In this document: in pieces, positions 9,749 through 19,165 of the stretch
Layout: each line of letters opens with the position of its first letter
Position numbering within the stretch: position 1 is the first letter of the stretch
Source of the DNA: an uncultured Sneathiellales bacterium
GTDB taxonomy: Bacteria; Pseudomonadota; Alphaproteobacteria; CAYFNG01
Length of the DNA: 64,000 nt
Assembly (NCBI GenBank): GCA_964344385.1
Contig: CAYFNG010000005.1
Location: forward strand, 23,583 to 87,582
Direction: 5' to 3'
Notes under the pieces: model-generated
What the model was told of the DNA's origin: nothing
The model's input: only the letters and a program-made list of their open reading frames with translations
The model's database searches: none
Program-made: the position numbers and the translations under genes

Positions 9749-9806
9749 CCCCGAAACAGCGCGGCTGGCGCATTTTCGGCCACAAACCTAGAGGGTAACC
9801 CGTATC

Positions 9807-10517
9807 ATGTCGAAATACGACCGCATCGTCATCCTGACCGGCGCCGGGATCTCGGCCGAGTCCGGGCTCGGTACCTTCCGTGACGAGGATGGCCTGTGGA
9901 CCAAATACGACCTGGAAGAGGTTGCCACTCCCGGCGGCTTTGCCCGCAACCCCGATTTCTGCCACGAATTCTACAACGCACGGCGCCGCAACCTGCTGGA
10001 CGCCGAACCCAATGATGCCCATCGCGCCCTGGCCAAGCTGGAACAGGACTATGCCGGCGAGGTGTTGGTGGTGACCCAGAACATCGACGACCTGCACGAG
10101 CGCGCCGGCACCACGCGCTTGATCCACATGCATGGCGAGCTGTTGAAAAGTCGCTGCGAACTTTGCAACACAGTCTTCACCTGGCGCGACGATTGCAGCA
10201 CCGCCAACGCCTGCCCGGCCTGCGCCGAGACCGGCGCCTTGCGGCCGCATGTGGTCTGGTTCGGCGAGATGCCGTATGAGATGAACCGGATCTACAGCGA
10301 ATTGGAGCGTTGCGACCTATTCCTGTCGATCGGCACGTCGGGCAATGTCTATCCGGCGGCCGGTTTTGTCGAGGCGGTGCGCGGCCGCGGCCGGGCCCAC
10401 ACCATGGAACTCAACCTGGAACCGTCCGAGGGAGCCAGCCTGTTCGCCGAACAAATCCTTGGCCCCGCCACGGAGATCGTCCCCACCGCCGTGGAGCGGC
10501 TGTTGACGGCCGGCTAA
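9807..10517 (+). CDS. cobB: NAD-dependent protein deacylase (Sir2 family)
   Basis: GAGISAESGLGTFR Rossmann motif, Zn ribbon C-x2-C...C-x2-C (CELC...CPAC), and the catalytic His in IDDLHERAG. Confidence 0.9.
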   Translation: MSKYDRIVILTGAGISAESGLGTFRDEDGLWTKYDLEEVATPGGFARNPDFCHEFYNARRRNLLDAEPNDAHRALAKLEQDYAGEVLVVTQNIDDLHERAGTTRLIHMHGELLKSRCELCNTVFTWRDDCSTANACPACAETGALRPHVVWFGEMPYEMNRIYSELERCDLFLSIGTSGNVYPAAGFVEAVRGRGRAHTMELNLEPSEGASLFAEQILGPATEIVPTAVERLLTAG

Positions 10518-11347
10518 CGCCGGCAGACCAGGGCGGGGCAGTCAAGCTGTTCGATCAGGCTCTGCAATTCCTCGGGCGCGAAGGCGCTGGCCGCCAGCAC
10601 CATGAAACCACGACCGTCGGCACGGGCCGCGTCCGCCGCGTCCATCGGCCGTGACAGGGTGCGGAATTCGGCATCCAGGACCGGGTCGAGATGGCCGACC
10701 GCATGGGCCTGCATCTCGGCCGCATCGGCGCCGGGGGGCGGCAGCAGGTAGACCACCACCATGCCGGCATCATTGCGGGCCAGCCGTGAGGCCAAGGCCA
10801 GGGCGCGCTCGCCGCAGGGCGAACCGTCATAAACCACCCCCACCCGATGTGGCGCCGACAGCGCCCCTTCGGCGGTCAACAACAGGCCGCAATGGGCGGC
10901 CGACGCCAGCGACCGGGCGGTGCTGCCCAGCCGGGCCCGCCGGGTCAGGGGCCGGATCGCCTTGCCCATGGCCATCAGGTCGGATTCCAGCGCCGCCCGC
11001 ATCAGTTCCAGTTCAACCCGACCGCGGGCGATTTCGAACGACCAGCGCAAGTTTCGTTCGCGGGCCGCAGCCTCGATCGCCCGGCGCGCCATTACCGCCT
11101 GGGCCCGCACCTGGGACTCAATCTCGGTCCGTTGGGGGCGACCACCACTGCCTGAGATGACCTGCACCTCGCGGGCAACCGGCAGGGCCGCCAGGTTGAT
11201 CAGGTTGATGTCCTCGACGAAGATGCCGTGCAGGTCGACACCGAGCCGGGCCGCCAGACGGGCCGCCTCGGTCAGCGCCGCCAGGCTCTCGGGCGAGGCA
11301 TCCAGGGCGACCAGCACCCGGCTGATCTCGTCCCGGCCGCCGGTCAC
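10514..11347 (-). CDS. Universal stress protein, tandem UspA domains
   Basis: Two USP-like alpha/beta domains (VLVALDASPES..., VGVVYDGSPCGE...). 4-nt overlap with the upstream Lon-like gene points to an operon. Confidence 0.65.
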   Translation of the reverse strand: MTGGRDEISRVLVALDASPESLAALTEAARLAARLGVDLHGIFVEDINLINLAALPVAREVQVISGSGGRPQRTEIESQVRAQAVMARRAIEAAARERNLRWSFEIARGRVELELMRAALESDLMAMGKAIRPLTRRARLGSTARSLASAAHCGLLLTAEGALSAPHRVGVVYDGSPCGERALALASRLARNDAGMVVVYLLPPPGADAAEMQAHAVGHLDPVLDAEFRTLSRPMDAADAARADGRGFMVLAASAFAPEELQSLIEQLDCPALVCRR

Positions 11348-13788
11348 GGTTTCGACTCCTCGTCCTCGGTGCCTTTCCCGGTCGCCCCGAACGCCTTGCG
11401 GGCCTCGGCCAGCGCCTTCAGGCGCTGCTCCACCAGGTGGAAGACGGTGCCTTCCGGGAAGGCACCGTCGGCGTCGCGCACGCCCGCCGGCACCCCGGTC
11501 AGCAGTTCGATCCCTTCGGCAATCGTCGCCACCGGGAAGACCTGGAAGCGGCCCTCGGCACAGGCCTCGACCACGTCGCGGCGCAGCATCAGGTGGGTGA
11601 CATTGGCGGCCGGGATCATCACGCCCTGCTCGCCGGTCAGGCCCTTGCGCCGGCAGACATCGAAGAAGCCCTCGATCTTTTCGTTGGCGCCGCCGATCGC
11701 CTGCACTTCGCCCAGTTGGTTGACCGAGCCGGTCACCGCCAACGACTGGCGGATCGGCAGGCCGGAAAGGGCCGACAGTAGGGCATAGAGTTCAGTCGAC
11801 GAGGCGCTGTCGCCGTCGACCCCGCCATAGCTCTGTTCGAAGACCAGGCTTGCCCCCAGGGACAGAGGATGGTCGGTGGCGAAGGTGGCCCCCAGATAAC
11901 CGGCCAGGATCAGCACGCCCTTGGAATGCAAGGGCCCGCCCAGTTCCACCTTGCGTTCGATGTCGATCACCTCGCCGCCGCCCATGCGGACCCGTGCGGT
12001 GATCCGGCTGGGCCGGCCGAAGCTGAAATTGCCGAGGCTGAGGACCGAGAGCCCATTGACCTGGCCGACCTCGGCACCGTCGGTCGAGATCATCATGATA
12101 TCGCGCTCGATCATCTCGTGGCTGCGCTCGCGCAATCGGTCGGCGCGGTGGATTTGGGCATCAATCGCCTGCTCGATATCGGCGGCGCTGACCACCTTGC
12201 GGGTGGCCTCGCCGGCCCAGTAATCGGCCTCGCGCATGACGTCGGCCACGCTGCCGATGCGCGAGGTCAGCCGGGCATTGTCGCCGGCCAGCCGGGCGCT
12301 GTGCTCGATCACCCGGGCCACCGCGTCCCGGTCCAGGGGTTTCAGCCCCTCACGCCGGGCGACGGTGGCGACCAGCCTGGCATATTGCTGGGTGACGCCA
12401 TTGTGCCGGTCCATTTCGTCGTCGAAATCGGCCGCCACCTTGAATAGCTCGGAAAAATCCGGCTCGTACTGGCAGAGCAGGTAATAGAGCCGACGATCGC
12501 CGATCAGTACCACTTTCAGATCCAGCGGGATTGCCGCCGGGTCCAGCGACACGGTGCTGACCAGGCTCATGGCCTGGCCCAGGGATTCGATCCGCACCTC
12601 CTTGCCCCGCAAGGCGGATTTCAGCGCCTCCCAGCCATTGGGCTGCATCAGGAGTCGCCGGGCGTCGAGCAGCAGGTAGCCGCCATTGGCGCGATGCAGG
12701 GCGCCCGGCTTGATCAGCCGGAAATCGGTGACCAGGGCGCCCATCTCAGAGAGATGCTCGATCCGGCCGACCAGATTGGCGTGGCTGGGATGATCCTCGA
12801 ACACCACCGGCGCGCCCTTGGCCTCGCCGTTGTCGATCACCAAATTGACCTCGTAGCGGCCCAGGGACGGTTGGCTGCCACCGGCCCGCGCGCCCGGCAT
12901 GCCGCCGCCGGCCAGCACCGCCTGAGCGCCCTCCGCCTTCTGGCCGAGGAAGCTGTCGACATTTTCGCCGACGTCCTTGCGCACCGCTGCCAGGTAGTCG
13001 CCGATCGCCGCGTGGTCGCGGTAACGCTCGCGGACCGCGTCGATCAAATGGCCAACGGCGTAGGCCGAGACTTCGCGGTTGAGGTCCCGCACCCGGTCGC
13101 CATGGTCCTTGGCCCAACTCGGGATCTGCTGGACGATGCCCTGCAGCTGTTTTTGCAGGTCCTCGATATCCGCCTCGATACGGTGGCGCTCCGTTTCCGA
13201 CAGGGTTTCGAACTCTTCCGGCTTCAGGACCTCGCCATCCTTGACCGGCGCCATGCCGAACCCCATTGGAGTGCGGATCAGGGCAATCCCCTTGTCCTTG
13301 GCCCGGTTCTGAAGGTCATCGAAGGCGGTTTCCTGGCGCTGTTTGAACTCCTCTTCGATCACCTGGCGGCGGTTGCGGTAGTCGTCGCTTTCGAAGGCCG
13401 CCGGGATCGCCGATTTCAGATCGGCAACCAGTTGCGCCATGTCCTGGCGAAACTGCCGTCCCAGCCCCGCCGGCAATCGGACCGCGACCGGTTTGTGCGA
13501 CATCTCGAAGTTGAAGAGGTAGCACCAATCGTCCGGCACCGGGGCCTGGGCCGCGGTTTCCTCGAGATAGCGTTTCAGGGTGGTGTGCTTCCCCGCCCCG
13601 GGCGGGCCGAGCGCGAACAGATTGTACCCTTCGCGCTTGATGCCGATGCCAAAACGGATGGCCGCCAGGGCCCGGTCCTGACCGATGATTTCATCCAAAT
13701 CGGCAAGATCGTCGGTGGTGGTGAAGTCGAGGCTCGCCGGATCGCAACGCTGGTACAGGGACTCTACCGGTAACGGGTCGGGCGCCAT
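11344..13788 (-). CDS. Lon-like ATP-dependent protease (COG1067/LonB-BrxL-type: AAA+ ATPase plus Lon S16 proteolytic domain)
   Basis: Walker A GPPGAGKHT. C-terminal S16 domain ...GVDGDSASSTELYALLSALSGLPIRQSLAVTGSVNQLGEVQAIGGANEKIEGFF with the Ser-Lys dyad region. Strong RBS AGGAGGG ahead of ATG 13788. Confidence 0.85.
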   Translation of the reverse strand: MAPDPLPVESLYQRCDPASLDFTTTDDLADLDEIIGQDRALAAIRFGIGIKREGYNLFALGPPGAGKHTTLKRYLEETAAQAPVPDDWCYLFNFEMSHKPVAVRLPAGLGRQFRQDMAQLVADLKSAIPAAFESDDYRNRRQVIEEEFKQRQETAFDDLQNRAKDKGIALIRTPMGFGMAPVKDGEVLKPEEFETLSETERHRIEADIEDLQKQLQGIVQQIPSWAKDHGDRVRDLNREVSAYAVGHLIDAVRERYRDHAAIGDYLAAVRKDVGENVDSFLGQKAEGAQAVLAGGGMPGARAGGSQPSLGRYEVNLVIDNGEAKGAPVVFEDHPSHANLVGRIEHLSEMGALVTDFRLIKPGALHRANGGYLLLDARRLLMQPNGWEALKSALRGKEVRIESLGQAMSLVSTVSLDPAAIPLDLKVVLIGDRRLYYLLCQYEPDFSELFKVAADFDDEMDRHNGVTQQYARLVATVARREGLKPLDRDAVARVIEHSARLAGDNARLTSRIGSVADVMREADYWAGEATRKVVSAADIEQAIDAQIHRADRLRERSHEMIERDIMMISTDGAEVGQVNGLSVLSLGNFSFGRPSRITARVRMGGGEVIDIERKVELGGPLHSKGVLILAGYLGATFATDHPLSLGASLVFEQSYGGVDGDSASSTELYALLSALSGLPIRQSLAVTGSVNQLGEVQAIGGANEKIEGFFDVCRRKGLTGEQGVMIPAANVTHLMLRRDVVEACAEGRFQVFPVATIAEGIELLTGVPAGVRDADGAFPEGTVFHLVEQRLKALAEARKAFGATGKGTEDEESKP

Positions 13789-13814
13789 CTCATAACCCTC
13801 CTAGTGGATGAAAT

Positions 13815-13855
13815 CTAACATAAGGTACCCTGTCATTGGGTGGTTGGGCGGCAAG
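13815..13855. repeat. Half copy (C) of the GGTACC-centred palindromic repeat family
   Basis: aaGGTACCCTGtcattGGGTGGTTGGGcggcaAGCGG matches the right arm of the copy at 34379-34455. Confidence 0.55.
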
Positions 13856-13899
13856 CGGACTGGAACAGCAATCGCCAAACCGAAACCATCACCTTCCAA

Positions 13900-14322
13900 T
13901 CAGTCTTCGTAACTCTCCTCGATCGCCTGCATGTCGGCATCCGAAAGGCCATAGTGGTGGCCGATTTCATGGATCAGCACGTGGCGCACCACATGCATCA
14001 GATCCACATCATGTTCGCACCAATAATCCAGGATCGGTCGCCGGTAGAGGAAGATCATGTCAATCGCCTGCGGCACGTCCAGGACCGATTTCTGATCCAA
14101 GCTGACCCCCTTATAGAGGCCCAGCAGGTCAAACGGGCTTTCCAGCTCCAAGTCAGCCGCGACGTCCGCATCCGGAAAGTCCTCGACCCGGACGACCAAG
14201 CCGGAAATCGGCCGCCGGAGCTTTTCCGGCAGGCTTGCCAAGGCGGTTCGCGCCATTGTCTCGATATCCCCGAGACTGGGCGCGCGTGCGGCGACTTCTG
14301 GTGGCGGAACGCGTGGCTTCAT
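13900..14322 (-). CDS. Zincin-like metallopeptidase-fold protein (DUF1025/Zincin_1 family)
   Basis: HEIGHHYG zinc-binding motif close to the C-terminus. Small acidic protein. Confidence 0.75.
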   Translation of the reverse strand: MKPRVPPPEVAARAPSLGDIETMARTALASLPEKLRRPISGLVVRVEDFPDADVAADLELESPFDLLGLYKGVSLDQKSVLDVPQAIDMIFLYRRPILDYWCEHDVDLMHVVRHVLIHEIGHHYGLSDADMQAIEESYED

Positions 14323-14618
14323 GCCGAATAAGATAGTACCGCAAGCCGGGAAGTACCATGCACGTCCGGCCTTAAACAGCGAAAAATCCCGCCGATCGTT
14401 TAACTATGAAAAACTTTCGGATAATCCCGGCAAGCGGGTTCAAAGCTTACCCTTTTTTAATCTCGTTACCCGACACTCGCAGGCGGTGAACAACCACTAT
14501 CGTGCCAAGGTCAATGGCCCACTTGCCTGGCGCGCTTGGTGCAGATGTGACAGGTGGCCCAGGAGGCCAGAACAACAACCAATTCCGGCGCGACGACATC
14601 ATCCCCCGAGAGAGTCAG

Positions 14619-15449
14619 ATGACAGCCACCGACCCTAACGCGAACACCCTAACGTCCTTCGAAATGAGCGAGGTCGGGAGCCCGGAAACCGCGCAACAGC
14701 CGGACCAATCGGCCGAATGGACAACCGTCCTTCATGCCGCCCGCCGGACCCATGAAGACGCTTCGGCCACGTCGAGCAAGGCCGACATGATCATGATGAA
14801 CGTCCGCATGGTCACGGCCATGATGACCCAGACCTGTGACAGCTGTGTCGACGTGGTCGGCAAGGCAAAGGTCTCGGAAGATGCGGCGCAAAGCGCGCTG
14901 GACCGTACCGCGGAATGCCAGGAGCGCATCCAGGTCCTGTCGACGATCGGCGACCAGATCGCCAGCATCGCCAACATCATCAAGGGAATCGCCGGGCAGA
15001 CCAACCTGCTGGCCCTGAACGCCACGATCGAGGCGGCGCGGGCCGGCGAGGCCGGCAAGGGATTTTCGGTCGTCGCCCACGAAGTCAAGAACCTGGCAAC
15101 CCAGACCGCCAAGGCCACCGAGGACATCACCGCCCAGATCAACGACATCAAACGGGCCACCGGTTCGGCCGTCGAATCGATCGAGAGCGCCCATACGGGC
15201 GTCACCGAGGTTCGCACGATGGTCGGTGGGCTGGCCGGCGCGGTCGGCGACCAGCGCGACACGGTCAACACGATCAACACCTACATCTCGGAAGCCGCGG
15301 ACGGCGTCGAGGAGATCGCCAAGAGCCTGAAGGGGATCGCTGAAAGCGCCGCCGAGACCGACCAAACCGCGGAAAATGCCGTAACCCGGTTGAACGGCCC
15401 CGACGAGCAAGCGGAGGCATGCGACAACGATAGCCAGAGTGCGGCGTAG
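14619..15449 (+). CDS. Soluble methyl-accepting chemotaxis protein (signalling domain only)
   Basis: Highly conserved MCP hairpin tip [30 protein letters not shown]. No TM or periplasmic sensor domain. Start trimmed to ATG 14619. Confidence 0.85.
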   Translation: MTATDPNANTLTSFEMSEVGSPETAQQPDQSAEWTTVLHAARRTHEDASATSSKADMIMMNVRMVTAMMTQTCDSCVDVVGKAKVSEDAAQSALDRTAECQERIQVLSTIGDQIASIANIIKGIAGQTNLLALNATIEAARAGEAGKGFSVVAHEVKNLATQTAKATEDITAQINDIKRATGSAVESIESAHTGVTEVRTMVGGLAGAVGDQRDTVNTINTYISEAADGVEEIAKSLKGIAESAAETDQTAENAVTRLNGPDEQAEACDNDSQSAA

Positions 15450-15517
15450 GGGGGGCGGGGAGCCACTTTATCCGCGCCTCGTACGGGGCGTATGTGAAAC
15501 ACGAAGGAGACTGATAG

Positions 15518-15931
15518 ATGCCGTTAATCGAATGGACCGATGGGATGAGTGTGGGAGTGGCGGCTTTCGACGACGATCACAAGAAACTCGTTGCCATGCT
15601 GAACGAGCTGTTTGATTCCATGCAATCCGGCGCCGGCAAGGACAAGCTGGGTGAGATTCTCGACGGTCTGATTGCCTACACCGTGACGCATTTCGACCGC
15701 GAAGAGAAGATGTTCGCGGAACATGGCTTTCCGGGTGCGGAAGCCCATATCAAGCAGCACGAGGACCTGAAAGCCCAGGCCGTGGCAGCCCAGGAGAAGT
15801 TCAAGAGCGGTGCCGCCGCAACCGTCAGCATGGAAGTCCTGAACTTCCTGAAGAACTGGCTGGTAACCCATATCCAGGGGTCGGACATGGCCTATTCAGC
15901 GTTCTTCAAGCAAAAAGGGCTCGCCGCCTGA
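15518..15931 (+). CDS. Bacteriohemerythrin (hemerythrin-like O2-binding protein)
   Basis: H...H...E...H...H...D di-iron ligand pattern ([23 protein letters not shown]). Immediately downstream of the soluble MCP. Confidence 0.85.
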   Translation: MPLIEWTDGMSVGVAAFDDDHKKLVAMLNELFDSMQSGAGKDKLGEILDGLIAYTVTHFDREEKMFAEHGFPGAEAHIKQHEDLKAQAVAAQEKFKSGAAATVSMEVLNFLKNWLVTHIQGSDMAYSAFFKQKGLAA

Positions 15932-16106
15932 GGGGCTGAGCCGGGCTTTCGGGCCCAGAACGTTTCGGGTGTATCGGGCCTGGTCGGCGATCCGTCACCG
16001 ACTGTGCTCGATCCGCCCGATATTTTTATTTATCTCCCACCATTGTCGACCTCGGCCCCGGGTTACAGTTCAAGGCAAAAGACCCTCCGAACCCCCGAGG
16101 ACCCGA

Positions 16107-16394
16107 ATGACCGAACCACTGAGCCCCGCGGAGCGTGACGCGGCGCTGGCCCGCCTGCCCGGCTGGGCGTTGGACGATACCGGCACCGCGATCGGCAAGC
16201 GCTTCCAATTTACCGACTTCAGCACCGCCTTTGCTTTCATGACCCGGGTCGCCCTGGCCGCCGAGCGGCTCGACCATCATCCCGACTGGTGCAATTCCTA
16301 CCGCCGGGTCGACATCACCCTGACCACTCATGAGATCGGCGGCCTGAGCCGGCGCGACATCGCCCTGGCCGAGGCGATCGAGGCCTTGGTTTAG
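16107..16394 (+). CDS. phhB: Pterin-4a-carbinolamine dehydratase (PCD/DCoH)
   Basis: 95 aa. ...[20 protein letters not shown]...HHPDW... matches the PCD fold and catalytic His motif. Confidence 0.85.
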   Translation: MTEPLSPAERDAALARLPGWALDDTGTAIGKRFQFTDFSTAFAFMTRVALAAERLDHHPDWCNSYRRVDITLTTHEIGGLSRRDIALAEAIEALV

Positions 16395-16468
16395 GCGCCG
16401 GGCAACGGATTCATGATTGCACAACGAAATTTCGCAACAATATATAGGTGTGAACCAGGAAAGCCGAT

Positions 16469-16804
16469 ATGTTCTCATGGGGACGCAGACGAGCGGCCAA
16501 GCGCTATGCCAATGAGCTGGGGCCGCAGTTGATCAATGACTACGGCGCGTCGGAGACCTACACCGCCGGCCAGATCCGTTCGGCCGTAGCCCGCCTGGAG
16601 CTGCCGGAAAAATACCTCTGCTTCGGTTTTGCCGGGTTCATGGACGAGGCCGGCTACAATACCCAGCTCCGCGACCTGAGAAAGGCGCCGCCCTACGCCA
16701 TGGCCCGCAAGCTGTTCCAGCGCTATGTCCCGGTCCGTGGTTTTTCCGAACCCGCGCCGGCCCGCGTCAGCCCCTATATCCACACCGGCAGCAGCATTCG
16801 CTAA
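16469..16804 (+). CDS. Hypothetical protein (111 aa)
   Basis: ORF with normal codon bias. No family recognised. Confidence 0.4.
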   Translation: MFSWGRRRAAKRYANELGPQLINDYGASETYTAGQIRSAVARLELPEKYLCFGFAGFMDEAGYNTQLRDLRKAPPYAMARKLFQRYVPVRGFSEPAPARVSPYIHTGSSIR

Positions 16805-16805
16805 C

Positions 16806-16840
16806 CACCGGCGGAACCTGCATTTACACGTGGCGTGACG
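16806..16840 (+). repeat. Direct repeat DR-L (accacCGGCGGAACCTGCATTTaCaCgTGGCGtGAC) flanking a low-GC insertion. Contains an ECF-sigma-like GGAAC-N16-CGT motif
   Basis: 24 of 28 core positions are identical to the copy at 20286-20320. It sits directly after the stop of the 16469..16804 gene. Confidence 0.6.
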
Positions 16841-16970
16841 TGGGGCACGGGGCAATCTGCACAACACCGCCGGCGGGTCGCCCAGCAGCATCATGTATCG
16901 CGAGCCCAAGCCCACCCAAGCGTGGAAGTTTGCCTCGGAGTTGGGTTACAAGTTCGGTGTTCTTGGTCTG

Positions 16971-17273
16971 CTATGCAGTCGCAACGCTGTAGTCATCGAC
17001 AATTCGTGCGGTGCCGACCGTGGCCTCAAGGCGCAATGGCAGTATTTCGCGATAGGCGGGCGAATTGTACCACGCTTCCGCCTCATCCCGGGATTTGAAC
17101 CGGAGTACGATCGTTCGCGGAAAATCGGAACCGCCTTCGAGAATTGTGCTGTCCTCATCAAACACGAGCACTTCCCCGCCGCTTGCCTCGATAAGCGCAA
17201 AAGCCTCCCCGACATATTTCGCCATCTTCTGCGCATCGGTCACGACGTTGTTGAAAATCACATAGGTTGCCAC
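16971..17273 (-). CDS. DUF1330 domain protein
   Basis: GTG start after GAGGAAGAACAA. ...YVIFNNVVTDAQKMAKYVGEAFALIEASGGEVLVF... matches DUF1330 (dimeric alpha+beta barrel). Confidence 0.6.
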   Translation of the reverse strand: MATYVIFNNVVTDAQKMAKYVGEAFALIEASGGEVLVFDEDSTILEGGSDFPRTIVLRFKSRDEAEAWYNSPAYREILPLRLEATVGTARIVDDYSVATA

Positions 17274-17631
17274 TTGTTCTTCCTCAAAAAAGTATGGAAA
17301 TGGGGCGTTCGATCCCGGGTTGAAGGGGCGGCAATGCAATTGTGCCACATCGCCCAGAGTCGGCGGATGCCTCGCTGCCACGCAAGGGTCTCAATACTGC
17401 GACCGACCCCGAGCCGGCGCAACCAATTGTGCCCTGAAATCCGCAGAGTACGGGGTCCTCGGTCTCGACGTAAATGGCTCTCTCCCTCTCCAAGTAAAAA
17501 GCGTCCATTAAACCGAGGGGACTCCAATCTACTAGCGCGCCTGCTCCAAGAGAAAAATGGCCGGAGTTCACCCGGCCATTTTTGCGCTGCCAGTGAGATG
17601 GCAATTCCATTTTGGAAACCGGCGGCCCGTT

Positions 17632-17892
17632 TTAGGCACCGATCAACATGACAATCGTATCTGGTCGTACGCCATCATGCTTCATCGCCGCGGCACCAAC
17701 GTCGCTTTGCATGAGTGCGTCGAATGCGTCCATGTCATCAACGACCATGGTCAGGCCCACCTTGTTGGCGTCGGAGGGATGGACATAGGTCTCGATGTTC
17801 TCAGCGATGCCGGCAAAGACTTCCTGCCGCTTGGGGGATGCGAGCCAATGATCGACGTTGTCAACTTCATGCATGACGATAATATTTGGCAT
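17632..17892 (-). CDS. Small hypothetical acidic protein (86 aa)
   Basis: Strong RBS AGGAGA 7 nt ahead of ATG 17892. The opposite-strand ORF 17557..17943 is judged spurious. Confidence 0.55.
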   Translation of the reverse strand: MPNIIVMHEVDNVDHWLASPKRQEVFAGIAENIETYVHPSDANKVGLTMVVDDMDAFDALMQSDVGAAAMKHDGVRPDTIVMLIGA

Positions 17893-18035
17893 TGTTTATC
17901 TCCTGGTTCGTTAGAGGGATACGCATCGCTCAAGTGCGATTAGCGTGAGCCAACAGGCGGACGGATATTTGAGCCACCTGTGATGAGGTGTGAGAGGTCG
18001 CGGTGATGGGGCTTTGCTGCGGCTGGAAATAGATC

Positions 18036-19049
18036 TTAGATGTTCAGCACAGCCGCCGAGAGACGCCCAATGTGGGTATCGGCATACCGCCCGCCATCGT
18101 AAACCGTTGTTAGACGCGCTATGCGTCCATCGCTATCCAGTACGACCCCTGTGACGCCAGTGTTGACTGGAGCGGTTGCGGTGGCCGTCCATTCTATGGC
18201 ACCGCCATCGTCGGATCCGACAACATGCCGAAATACGACCCCCTTGCCATAGGGCAGCATCGGCAGGGCGCGCTTTAGATGCGCTTGAACCGCGTTGCGA
18301 CCGATCAACTGCGACCGCAAAGCCATATCCTCGAATACGACGTCGTATGCGAAAACATCACTCGCCTCAGCTTTCGGGTCGTTCTCGAATACCGCCAGTA
18401 GCTTCTGCGAGACATCCGCCATCTTGGCGGGGGTTGCGCTCGCAACTTCGGTTTGGCGGAAGTCGGTAAGTTGAGCCTTTTCAAGCCCATAGTCATTGGG
18501 CCAGTCGCGGCTGTCCCAATGGTCTATCCAGCGTATGATTTTGCCGTCCTTGAAATCGATAACCGCCAAGAGACGCAACTCGCCGCCAAACAATTCGGGT
18601 GTGTCTGTGAAGGCGACAAAGGCACCGCCCTGCATGTCGCCAACGATGCGTGTGGCGTACGACCTGGCAGTATCGGGCCAGTTCGGCATATATTGCGTGA
18701 AGACACCTTTGAGCGCTTCATAGCCGGCTATGTCCCATCCCAAAGTCGCGTCAATATAGGTGACGAGATCAGGCGAGAAGAACGACATGGTGGCGTCAAT
18801 ATCGCGGTTTGTCTTGGCTTCGAAAAAATCCGTCATGAAGGCTGCTAGATCAGGCGACGCGCCGGTTGTGTCGATCTGCGTTTCACGGCCAGCATCGGTG
18901 TGCGCACGGGCCGGCAGGTTGACTGTCATTGCTGCCATTGATCCCATAGCGGCAAGCTGAAGAAACCTCCTTCGCTGCGTGTTGATAGGCCCGGGGAAAC
19001 TGTCCAAATTCATTAGCTCTTCGTTAGAGCCAATATTTTTAAATCCCAT
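18036..19049 (-). CDS. Tat-secreted protein with tandem NTF2-like (SnoaL-like) domains
   Basis: Twin-arginine motif QRRRFLQLAAMG followed by an AxA cleavage site. Two NTF2/SnoaL-like repeats. Start uncertain (19049 or 19013). Confidence 0.6.
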   Translation of the reverse strand: MGFKNIGSNEELMNLDSFPGPINTQRRRFLQLAAMGSMAAMTVNLPARAHTDAGRETQIDTTGASPDLAAFMTDFFEAKTNRDIDATMSFFSPDLVTYIDATLGWDIAGYEALKGVFTQYMPNWPDTARSYATRIVGDMQGGAFVAFTDTPELFGGELRLLAVIDFKDGKIIRWIDHWDSRDWPNDYGLEKAQLTDFRQTEVASATPAKMADVSQKLLAVFENDPKAEASDVFAYDVVFEDMALRSQLIGRNAVQAHLKRALPMLPYGKGVVFRHVVGSDDGGAIEWTATATAPVNTGVTGVVLDSDGRIARLTTVYDGGRYADTHIGRLSAAVLNI

Positions 19050-19165
19050 GGTAGCGAGTCCTTCCGTTGCGTCCATTGTGGGCCTGGTGCCCAAACTGTG
19101 CTTGCGAATTGTGGACAGCTTGGGCGAAGCTGCACCATCACTCAAACGAATGGTTTTCAGGGGTC

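Noticed and set aside
11344-13788. Lon-like AAA+ protease as BrxL of a BREX phage-defence system
   Set aside because: No pglZ, pglX methyltransferase, brxA/B/C or other defence genes lie within the flanking 10 kb. Its neighbours are a USP and a zincin-like protein, so it is better explained as a stand-alone LonB/COG1067 stress protease.
16806-16840. Direct repeats as a tRNA-derived att site of an integrative element
   Set aside because: The repeat shows no tRNA-like structure, and no tRNA gene or integrase is nearby. They are retained as plain direct repeats.
16893-17651. 252-aa ORF on the plus strand across the low-GC islet
   Set aside because: It overlaps antisense to the DUF1330 gene, which has a strong RBS, and has odd Arg/Ser/Cys-rich composition with no RBS. 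Judged spurious.
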